DNA from: Histomonas meleagridis 2922-C6/04-290x
Taxonomy: Eukaryota > Protista > Parabasalia
Direction: 5' to 3'
Assembly (NCBI GenBank): GCA_020184695.1
Contig: JAANOX010000036.1
Coordinates: 1 to 64,000, forward strand
DNA: 64,000 nt
Position numbers and translations under genes: made by a program. Under the pieces are notes generated by a model. That model had not been told where the DNA came from. It saw only the letters and a program-made list of their open reading frames with translations, and made no database searches. How positions within the stretch are numbered: position 1 is the stretch's first letter; each line of letters begins with the position of its first letter. Positions 22,017 through 30,727 of the stretch are shown in pieces.

Positions 22017-23225
22017 TCATTTCCTGAAATATAAAATGATAAAAACAATTGCTAAAATCGCAAAGAATGCAATCAACATCACAATCTTTAGCTGATCCAT
22101 TTTATCTTCTTTCTCAAGGTTCCTATACTGTATTATTATATCCTTATATCGTTTGATTTCGTTATCCTTATTTTTGATTTTAACTTCCATTTCTTCAATT
22201 TTGTTGCTCAAATTTATGATTTTCGTGTCTGCATCACTCTCATCTTCGACTTTCTTACTCGATTCGTTTTTCTTTCCAATTATTTCTCTAATTCTTGAGA
22301 CGACCAAATCCTTCAAATGATTTGTGTCTTCTTCAAAATGATCAGGCACAAGTCCATGGGATGATCCATTGACTTCAAGAATATATTCCTTACCTTCTTT
22401 GTCAACAATTGCATCGATTGCAAATGTCTCCATGTCTGGATAAGACTCAAAAATTAAGTCCACCCATTTCTTCCATCGTGGAGTCATGTCAATATCTTCG
22501 ATGATACATGGCCCAAAGTTAACTTTCCATTGCGTGCCAACACGTTTATATGCTCGATAATGATTTGGTGCAATAAACACAATACGTAATTCATATGAAC
22601 TATCAATAAATGGCTCAGCAACACAGTAGTCTTTATGTATAGATACAATGGACGCAAGATCAGGAAAGTCATGATTGTCTCGAACAAGGATTTTCCCATA
22701 TCCAGCATGTGGAAAACTGATTTTGAGTACAAAGGGAACATCTGGATGAATCATCATTTGTTGATGATCAGGATAATAATATTGTGTAATAAGTGGAAAT
22801 GTTTCATGCCCAACTTTGGATTCGATTGAACGAAGAAGCCCATGCATAATAGGACGTTCAAGATCAGAAATAGTGCTTATAAATCCATTGATCATAGGTG
22901 TGCAGGAATGAACAAAACCATAAAGAAGATTACGATAATCTGGGACTTGGTCAAGTGAGGAGCTAACAGTATGGCATACATTTCGAATTAAAACAAGTGA
23001 TGGTGTAATGTATCTACGTGTTTGCTGTTGTGGAATTTTTGAGTTTTCGCATTCATAAAGTGTTACATTTGCACCTTTACTGTCACCATAAGAAACAAGT
23101 TCAATTTTATTCCATCGAGATTGTTCAACAGTAAATTCGTCAGCATACTCACGACAAAGTTCATACCAATTAGTTGTATCTGCGTCTTCAATAACAAGTA
23201 GCACTGGTTTTTGGGATTGACTCAT
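22017..23225 (-). CDS. Synapsin-like ATP-grasp protein with coiled coil and C-terminal transmembrane anchor
   Basis: VEQSRWNKIEL, PSLVLIRN, KISFPHAGYGKILV, AEPFIDSSYELRI, WKVNFG and ILEVNGS; hydrophobic tail LKIVMLIAFFAILAIVFIILYFRK. Confidence 0.85.
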   Translation of the reverse strand: MSQSQKPVLLVIEDADTTNWYELCREYADEFTVEQSRWNKIELVSYGDSKGANVTLYECENSKIPQQQTRRYITPSLVLIRNVCHTVSSSLDQVPDYRNLLYGFVHSCTPMINGFISTISDLERPIMHGLLRSIESKVGHETFPLITQYYYPDHQQMMIHPDVPFVLKISFPHAGYGKILVRDNHDFPDLASIVSIHKDYCVAEPFIDSSYELRIVFIAPNHYRAYKRVGTQWKVNFGPCIIEDIDMTPRWKKWVDLIFESYPDMETFAIDAIVDKEGKEYILEVNGSSHGLVPDHFEEDTNHLKDLVVSRIREIIGKKNESSKKVEDESDADTKIINLSNKIEEMEVKIKNKDNEIKRYKDIIIQYRNLEKEDKMDQLKIVMLIAFFAILAIVFIILYFRK

Positions 23226-23399
23226 GAATAATAATGATTGGGCAGATATTTTTGAAAAACTAAATGAATTTTCATTTCACTTTTGAAATTAAATAGTTTA
23301 TTAAAAGTGTTATACCGTTCCACAGGCCAACTAGCATTGCCACTTTTACCAAAATACTCAAAAATTTGCGTGTAAATAATACAATATTCAAAAAGAATG

Positions 23400-23427
23400 G
23401 CGGTTAAAACGGCTATGGCCTTCCTTA
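23400..23427 (+). promoter_or_regulatory. GCGGTT / CGGCTATGGCC plus pyrimidine (TTCCTT) promoter of RPS2
   Basis: gcggttaaaacggctatggccttccttacgttcaATG. Confidence 0.7.
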
Positions 23428-23433
23428 CGTTCA

Positions 23434-24240
23434 ATGTCTGAAGCTCCAAAACAGCAACAAGGCGAACAACGTCGCGGTGGAATGCGTGGTCGTCAACAAC
23501 GTGAACGACCACAACGCAATAACCAAAACAGAGGTGGAAAAGATAAATGGCAACCAAAGACTAAATTAGGTCGTTTAGTTGCTTCTGGTCGTATCACATC
23601 TATCGAACAAATTTATCTTCATGCTATGCCAATCAAAGAACCAGAAATTATTGATGCACTCTTAGGTGATAACTTAAAAGATGAAGTTATGAAGATCATG
23701 CCAGTTCAAAAGCAAACACGTGCAGGTCAACGTACTCGCTTTAAGGCTGTTGTTGCAGTCGGTGATTATGATGGACACGTTGGTCTTGGTATCAAAACAT
23801 CTGCAGAAGTTGCAAATGCCATCAAAGGTGCTTTAATCTATGCCAAGCTTTCCATTCTCCCAGTTCGTCGTGGTTATTGGGGTAACAAGATCGGTCAACC
23901 ACACACTGTTCCTAATACAGTTACAGGAAAATGTGGCTCTGTTCGTGTTAGACTCATTCCAGCTCCACGTGGTTCTGGAATCGTTGCAGGTTCTGTTGCT
24001 AAGAAGCTCTTAGCTATGGCCGGTTTCGAAGATCTTTTCACATCATCAATTGGTAATACAAAGACATCAGCTAACTTCCTCGTTGCAACATACAAAGCAA
24101 TTGAAGCCACTTACTCATTCTTAACTCCAGACCAATGGGAGCAGAAAGAACCAGAAGCACATCCATTCGTCCAATACAGTGATATTCTTGCAAAGGACAA
24201 TGAATTCAAGGTTACTAAGGTTAACATTAACTTGGAGTAA
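23434..24240 (+). CDS. RPS2: 40S ribosomal protein S2 (uS5)
   Basis: [26 protein letters not shown] and [10 protein letters not shown]. Confidence 0.98.
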   Translation: MSEAPKQQQGEQRRGGMRGRQQRERPQRNNQNRGGKDKWQPKTKLGRLVASGRITSIEQIYLHAMPIKEPEIIDALLGDNLKDEVMKIMPVQKQTRAGQRTRFKAVVAVGDYDGHVGLGIKTSAEVANAIKGALIYAKLSILPVRRGYWGNKIGQPHTVPNTVTGKCGSVRVRLIPAPRGSGIVAGSVAKKLLAMAGFEDLFTSSIGNTKTSANFLVATYKAIEATYSFLTPDQWEQKEPEAHPFVQYSDILAKDNEFKVTKVNINLE

Positions 24241-24593
24241 ACATTCCGATTTTTTTCATGATCTTTTTCATTTCATAATTATTATATTCTCTTTCTTTAC
24301 CCCTTACAAAGGTCAATGCTTTTGTTTTCATATTCGAAAAACATTTTTAAAAATAATTCAATTTATAATTTGTAATTAATTTCTATAATTTCAAATAACA
24401 AAAACATTTTGAATTGAAAAAACGACTAAAATCGCAAAAATATGATTCTTAAACAGATTTATATTATCTGGAATTTAGCTTAAGCTATGTTAACATAAGA
24501 AACATTCTGCTGATGCAGCCGATTATAACTTCCTAAAATTGTGTGAATTATGATCGTATTTTATCTTGGACACTCTATCGGTAGGTGGTTTTG

Positions 24594-24612
24594 GCGGTTT
24601 GGCCCTTCCTTT
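24594..24612 (+). promoter_or_regulatory. GCGGTTTGGCC plus CCTTT (M3/M5) promoter of RPS15A
   Basis: gcggtttggcccttccttttgaaATG. Confidence 0.75.
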
Positions 24613-24616
24613 TGAA

Positions 24617-25009
24617 ATGGTCAGAACATCTGTCCTTGCTGACGCCCTTAAGGCAATCACAAATGCAGAACGTCAAGGAAAACGTCAAGTTCTCGTTCGT
24701 CCATGCAGCAAAGTTATCATCCAGTTCTTAAAAGTTATGATGAAACGTGGATACATTGGTGAATTCGAAGTTATTGATGATCACCGTTCTGGCAAAATCA
24801 TCATCAACTTACTTGGACGTTTGAACAAGTGTGTTGCTATTTGCCCACGTTTCGATGTTCAACTTACCGAATTAGAAAACTGGCAATCAAAACTCCTTCC
24901 ATCTCGTCAATTTGGTTATGTTGTTTTGACAACATCACATGGAATTCTTGATCATGAAGAAGCCCGTAAAAAGAACGCTGGTGGAAAGATCCTTGGCATG
25001 TTCTTCTAA
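24617..25009 (+). CDS. RPS15A: 40S ribosomal protein S15a (uS8)
   Basis: [29 protein letters not shown]...GGKILGMFF; ATG at 24617. Confidence 0.98.
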   Translation: MVRTSVLADALKAITNAERQGKRQVLVRPCSKVIIQFLKVMMKRGYIGEFEVIDDHRSGKIIINLLGRLNKCVAICPRFDVQLTELENWQSKLLPSRQFGYVVLTTSHGILDHEEARKKNAGGKILGMFF

Positions 25010-25508
25010 ACGAACAGAATTATAATTATTTTATCTTTAAGCCTTTTTGCATTGTGAAGGAAAGGACATTAATATTATTCATAAGAATGTTTGAATTAAC
25101 TTTTGGGAATAGATATGTACATAATTTCTATTGTTATTATCTTCAGAATTTTTTGCCTTATTAGAATATATCAAATGCATGCTATTTGTTCATATTTTCT
25201 ATTCAAAAATGGAATATATGATATTGAGAAACATGGCAATGACATTTTATTTTACTGCATTATTGAAAAACTTGTATTAAAGTAAATTAATGGAACAAAA
25301 TAATTTATTTTGTCGAGAAGATTGTGAGAATTTTTTTAATGATTTTTCAAGAATAATGAAACAAAATTGGAAAAAGGCCTGTTTTTGAATATAAATACGA
25401 TGATTTTTCATTCAATTAACTCTATCGACAAAAAGCATTTGCGCAAAAACACGAATAATTTTTCGAAAAAATTAAAGATATATTTTACATAAAGATAAAG
25501 ACAATTAT

Positions 25509-26915
25509 TTACATTAGTTCTGTTCCCACTTCTGTTTCTTCTTCCTCCTCATTATCAGCCCTTTCCGGATCTTCTCTTCCAAATGCTTCTTCCTCTTCAT
25601 GATGATGAACCTCGCCTTCCTTCGCCTCAAGCCCTTCCTCTTCTTCTTCCATTACGTCTTGACCTTCTTCGACTTCAAATTCTTGAAGAGCTTTCAGCGG
25701 CGACAAATCATCCAAATACATCTCTGTGATTATTGCAGCTGCAGATTTAAGTTCGACTTTATCGTCAGGCTCGACCACCATTGGAATTACTGAGCTCAAT
25801 GTAACTGTGGAGCTATTTTGTTTCGAAATTGTATATATTGATAATGGTGATTGTTTAAGAATTGATAATTCTTTTTGAGGATCTTGGGAAACATAACCAA
25901 TTCTTCTTAACAAGCAAAGGTTCTGATATGGCTCGACCATGTTATGATCATATAACAATGCTTTATGATAACAAATTGATGCGTCATCAAATTGAGAAAC
26001 GAGAAAATAAACGTTCCCCATGGCACACCACGTCAGTGAATTCGTTGGGTCGAGCTGCAGAGACTTGTTCAAGGCTTTTTGAGCTTCGGCAGCATTAGAA
26101 AGCTTATAGGATAGACGCCCTTGAAGATAGAGAAGAACTGGTGAATAGATGGTCATGGAAGAATCTTTTAATTTGTTCAAGGCTGACTTCATATCTTGAC
26201 GAAATTCTGTTGCAAGAGCTAAAAATGCTCGCTGATGAAGAGTAGCTTGCGTAACTTCTTCTGAATCATCAATATGATGTGTCGCTGCTGTGATATCATT
26301 TGACAAAAATGAATTGTGTGAAAGTTGAACTAAAACATCAGATTTAGAGATCCATGGGGAAAGGCGTGGGTTGAGAGCCATCGTAAAATGTTTGGTTGAA
26401 TTTTGGATGTCGTTGGAATTTCTACAACATATTCCGAGTCGGTAATGTGCGTCAGAATTAAACGGGAAATGAATTTTACTTACACATTCACTAAGAAGCT
26501 TTCTTGCTTCGTCATATGCTTTATAATGCATTAAAATTATTGAAAAAATATATTTTTGTTTTGGAGTGAATTCAAAAGATTGTTCATAGCAACTAAAAAA
26601 TGCAAGAGCTGCAGTATAAAAGTCACCATTAGAAAGAGCTGAAAAAGCTAATTCGATAATATCGTCATACGAAAGTTGACTTAAATTTTCCAATTTCGAA
26701 TTTCGTATTTGTGTGTACTCGGAGTTGCTTTCAAGAAATAGTTGTTTTTTGCAATTTTGAGAATATTGTGAAATTGAGTTGATAATATTCATGTTTGCTA
26801 TTTTTTGTGCGAATCCTTGTAAGTTACTTGCAGTATACGAAAGCTTTTCATTAAATTCTTTTAGGGATTCTGTAATAGATGAATCATCTTCAAATGAAGC
26901 CAAAGATGATTCCAT
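25509..26915 (-). CDS. TPR-repeat protein (Ssn6/Cyc8-like) with acidic tail
   Basis: AHYRLGICC, YLQGRLSYKL, LDPTNSLTWCAMGNVYF and YHKALLYD; Glu-rich C-terminus. Confidence 0.8.
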   Translation of the reverse strand: MESSLASFEDDSSITESLKEFNEKLSYTASNLQGFAQKIANMNIINSISQYSQNCKKQLFLESNSEYTQIRNSKLENLSQLSYDDIIELAFSALSNGDFYTAALAFFSCYEQSFEFTPKQKYIFSIILMHYKAYDEARKLLSECVSKIHFPFNSDAHYRLGICCRNSNDIQNSTKHFTMALNPRLSPWISKSDVLVQLSHNSFLSNDITAATHHIDDSEEVTQATLHQRAFLALATEFRQDMKSALNKLKDSSMTIYSPVLLYLQGRLSYKLSNAAEAQKALNKSLQLDPTNSLTWCAMGNVYFLVSQFDDASICYHKALLYDHNMVEPYQNLCLLRRIGYVSQDPQKELSILKQSPLSIYTISKQNSSTVTLSSVIPMVVEPDDKVELKSAAAIITEMYLDDLSPLKALQEFEVEEGQDVMEEEEEGLEAKEGEVHHHEEEEAFGREDPERADNEEEEETEVGTELM

Positions 26916-27255
26916 CAATTGTTTCGGCGAGATGGCAAAAAGTGATTAATAAGACTCACTTCAAAAAGTAAGAATCGAGCTGGTCCACTTTTTGATAGCT
27001 TCGTTTTGTATGGTTTATATAACCGTTTTCCAAGCAGAATAGACATTCATATATAAAAAATCAATTTTCAAAAAATAATTTATGAAACTTAAGTTAATAT
27101 AATATTATTTTTATTATTTAGGTATAGATTCATTAATTTGGTCTGATTAAAATTAATTAATAATCCAAAAAATGTGTTTTATCCCAATTAAGTACCTATT
27201 CAATTCAATGTCTTCTCAAAAAATTTTCAACAGTTTGACAAACAACACTGCCTAA

Positions 27256-27861
27256 ATGAACCTTCAAGCGCCAACTTCTGTTGGCTTGTCACGGAATAGC
27301 TCAGTGATTTATCAAAGCAATTTCAACGCAAACCATGGACCACCAAATATTTCACGTTTCCAATCAAACATGAATCAGGATTTTCGGCTCCCACCTATCG
27401 AACCACCACCAGACCTTCCTTTACCTCTAGCAATTTACCAGCCAAGTACTGAAGATGAACCAAATCAAAATGAACAAGAATCAGAAGATCAAAATCATCA
27501 ACACACATGCATGAATTGTGGTAGAAACATAGCAACTCTTTGCTGTGTCCCTTGTGGACACCAAGTTATATGCCAACAATGTTCTAACGACATTTCTCTT
27601 TCAAATCAAAACCAGTTACAACCACAACGGTTTTCCGAATTTACATGTCCTTTATGTGACACTCCAGTTCAGTGTTTCTCACGGATTTATAAATCGGAAA
27701 CATGTTGTATTTGTTATACATATAAACCAAACACAGTATTTTTTCCATGCGGTCACCAATGCATATGTGATCAGTGCCTGCCAAATATTTGGAATCAGAA
27801 AAAAACATGCCCAATATGCCAACAAAAAGCCTCATCTTGTAAACAGCAGTTTGACATATAA
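27256..27861 (+). CDS. Double C3HC4 RING-finger protein (putative E3 ligase)
   Basis: CMNC..CVPCGHQVICQQC..CPLC and CCIC..FFPCGHQCICDQC..CPIC. Confidence 0.9.
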   Translation: MNLQAPTSVGLSRNSSVIYQSNFNANHGPPNISRFQSNMNQDFRLPPIEPPPDLPLPLAIYQPSTEDEPNQNEQESEDQNHQHTCMNCGRNIATLCCVPCGHQVICQQCSNDISLSNQNQLQPQRFSEFTCPLCDTPVQCFSRIYKSETCCICYTYKPNTVFFPCGHQCICDQCLPNIWNQKKTCPICQQKASSCKQQFDI

Positions 27862-27954
27862 CGTGCCCTCGCGGGGCACCCCAAACGATAACTTTTTGCT
27901 GTGGTCGGCCACGCGTCACTTTTCATTATTATTTTATTGTTATTTTTTTAGAGT

Positions 27955-28067
27955 GTATGTTTTGTGCTTTGATGATAAAACAATTTTTCGCAGTAAAGCT
28001 CTAACCCGCTTTGCGGTCATGGCGATAATTGTCTCATCTGAGCGTATTCTTTCAATCTAACACACAG
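27955..28067 (+). other. Canonical trichomonad spliceosomal intron (113 nt) in an apparently non-coding transcript
   Basis: 5' GTATGT at 27955; 3' TCTAACACACAG at 28056-28067 (11/12 match to the Trichomonas fused branch/3'ss motif ACTAACACACAG); TCACTTT Inr-like motif at ~27916. Confidence 0.8.
27963..28046 (+). ncRNA. Box C/D snoRNA (intronic)
   Basis: C box TGATGA 27970-75; D' CTAA 28001-04; CCGC-TTT-GCGG hairpin; C'-like TCATGG 28017-22; D box CTGA 28038-41; weak terminal stem TGTGC/GCGTA. Confidence 0.75.
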
Positions 28068-28084
28068 AGAGATTATTTAAATTA

Positions 28085-28675
28085 CCAAAAACGACCTTAT
28101 TTTGTAAATATAAATATACTATAACCTATTTTTTCCTTTTTAAAAGATTTGGTTGAGCTGATATTTTTATGATGATTTCCATAATTATTTTTTTCAATTT
28201 TAATCATTAGCAAACGACCTTATTTTGCAAATGCAAATGTGCCGTAACCTTTTTTTTAAAGGTTTGGCTGAGATAATATTTTTATGATAACTTCCAAAAT
28301 TATTTTTTCAATTTTAATCAATAGCAAACGACCTTATTTTGAAATGTAAATGTACTATAACCTCTTTTTTTACTTTTTAAATAATTTGTTTGAGCTGATA
28401 TTTTTATGATAATTTCCAAAATTATTTTTTTCAATTTTAATCAGTAGCAAACGAACTTATTTTGCAAATGTAAATGTACTATAACCTCTTTTTTTACTTT
28501 TTAAATAATTTGTTTGAGCTGATATTTTTATGATAATTTCCAAAATTATTTTTTTCAATTTTAATCAGTAGCAAACGAACTTATTTTGCAAATGTAAATG
28601 TACTATAACCTCTTTTTTTACTTTTTAAATAATTTGTTTGAGCTGATATTTTTATGATAATTTCCAAAATTACTT
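28085..28675. repeat. Tandem repeat, ~123-nt unit, ~5 copies, non-coding
   Basis: ACGA(C/A)CTTATTTTG recurs at 28091, 28214, 28328, 28451 and 28575; the last copies are nearly identical. Confidence 0.93.
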
Positions 28676-28726
28676 CAAATTTTGCAACAACAAAAAAATT
28701 CAAATCCACGGCAAACATTACATTGT

Positions 28727-30346
28727 TTATTGTTCATCTATTCCGGCTAATTGGTCCACTGCTTTCTTATACGTCAACAGCTCTGTCGTCAGCACGTCGA
28801 TATCCACCAGCAGATCATATTTCAAGTTTCTCAGCGCGGCCACTTCGCCATAAGTCGCTCCCCCGACGAACACCACCAAAACCTTTTTCATATCTCTTTC
28901 TCTATTTGCCATCACTGATGTTTGTATCTTGCAGTCCTCGAGCACGTTCTTACAGTCGCTCCATTCGTTCTTAGCGATTTTCTGCACAATCTTCACCGCG
29001 ACTGGCGTGAATCCGTCATAAGGCTTTTCGGACTTTTTCGTTACTTCCTGGTTATACATTTGTAATCTTTTGATCAATGTTTCAGTTCCGAAGTTTTTCT
29101 TGTTCTTTCCAATGATTCCTGCGTCATCCAATGACCAAATAGCTGCAAGTGCTTCAAGTCCGAATCGATCGATTATCATTGTACAAACTTCGTCTGTGTC
29201 AACAGCTTTATTTGTACAAAGTGAATAAATTGCTAAAAGTCGAATAGATGTTCTCCAATCAGGTGAAAGCGCAATCGCTTTTCGTATGAAATCATTGCTG
29301 TTCTTTAATCCTAAGATACAATCAACTTCTGACCGTAAATTAGTTTGGAGATTTAAATCTTTGGAAAAGATATTGTTAATGCCTTCCATGAACTTAAGAT
29401 GATCGCCAATTGATTGGTTGGTGACAACTGTTTTACTTTTAAGGCGTAACTTATCAAGTGATAAATCCTTTTCGTTTTTCATCTCTTCTAATTCTTCGGC
29501 AATTTGTCGCTGTAAGATATGATTATATTCGGTGGCTTCCGTATATGATAAGTTACGGAGTTGGACAGAAACTGTATCTTTCTCAGAAAAGAGTATCGGA
29601 TGTTCTTCATTAGGCGTCATAGCAATACCATATTTGATGCCAATGTATTCAGCAACCATCGATTCATATGTAAATGATGATAAAAATGGAGTAAGATTGT
29701 CAACTGTTCGATCAATTATTATCATATGTGTCCACGCAGAATAAAAATTGGATGATAGTGATTTGGCAATACGTACGGATGATGGGCCAATAGCAAAAAC
29801 ATTGGTGAAAAAGTCATAGATTGGAAACGACGTAATTATTTTTGATAAGCGTTCAACTGATGTATCACTTTCACCCATAATTTGATCAATATAACTGTTA
29901 GGAAGTTCAATGGTTGCAAGATCGGGATCTAAAATCCAAGCTGGAAGTCGGAGTTCCTCTGGTTTAATTCTATGAAGAAATCCATACGCTTCAAGAAATT
30001 GTCGGGCAATATAATCAAAACGATCTGCAACTACCATTATGATTTCACCCGGTGGTTTGTCTGTGGCTGTTAATAGATCGACATAATTCTTTAAATGACA
30101 TTGAGCACCTGTTGAAAAAATTAAAATTTTGTCATAACCAAAGGATATGCGATTTGTTTGATAAGTAAAAACTTTTTTGAAACAATTGGAGATAATATCT
30201 GGTTCAACTAGTCGTGAGATAACAATATCAAGTCCAGGGTCGACAAACAAAGCGGACTCGCAGTTGGAGCAGCGGTGGAAGAAGTTCTCGAGACGACGGG
30301 AGGCGCGCGCTAAGAGGTTTTTGAATGGTGTTGGTTTGATTGTCAT
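28727..30346 (-). CDS. VPS33: Sec1/Munc18 family protein Vps33
   Basis: ALFVDPGL, IIIDRTVDNLTPFLSSFTYE and LVVFVGGATYGEVAALR; likely ATG at 30346 (MTIKPTPF). Confidence 0.8.
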   Translation of the reverse strand: MTIKPTPFKNLLARASRRLENFFHRCSNCESALFVDPGLDIVISRLVEPDIISNCFKKVFTYQTNRISFGYDKILIFSTGAQCHLKNYVDLLTATDKPPGEIIMVVADRFDYIARQFLEAYGFLHRIKPEELRLPAWILDPDLATIELPNSYIDQIMGESDTSVERLSKIITSFPIYDFFTNVFAIGPSSVRIAKSLSSNFYSAWTHMIIIDRTVDNLTPFLSSFTYESMVAEYIGIKYGIAMTPNEEHPILFSEKDTVSVQLRNLSYTEATEYNHILQRQIAEELEEMKNEKDLSLDKLRLKSKTVVTNQSIGDHLKFMEGINNIFSKDLNLQTNLRSEVDCILGLKNSNDFIRKAIALSPDWRTSIRLLAIYSLCTNKAVDTDEVCTMIIDRFGLEALAAIWSLDDAGIIGKNKKNFGTETLIKRLQMYNQEVTKKSEKPYDGFTPVAVKIVQKIAKNEWSDCKNVLEDCKIQTSVMANRERDMKKVLVVFVGGATYGEVAALRNLKYDLLVDIDVLTTELLTYKKAVDQLAGIDEQ

Positions 30347-30727
30347 TTGATGATGTGCGATCAAAAAACTCAGAAAATGACTCAGTAAACTATTCAAAAT
30401 ATTTGTGGAAAATTTCGGTTTTAAACGTCTTTTTGATTTCAGTGCTTTATAACAATTAATGCTTAAGCATTTGACAATTGTTATTTGTTTATTTTTTATG
30501 TTTAAACTAATCCAACTAAAATTTTAGAATTTTTTTTTATATCAGATTTTATCACATTCATGAATGCTTTCAATGTCTCAATACATAAAATCAAATGCAC
30601 AATGTAAAAAATAAAAATAATCAATTGTATTATTCTTTATAAATATATAACTTAGTATAACTTGAACACTCTTTGTTTTGAATAATTTCCAAATATTACT
30701 ATGAAATATCAAATAATTAGCATAAAT

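Noticed and set aside
28038-28049. CTGAGCGTATT as an additional 18S-complementary guide
   Set aside because: It overlaps the D box and terminal stem rather than lying upstream of a D/D' box, and the match relies on recalled rRNA sequence that cannot be verified here.
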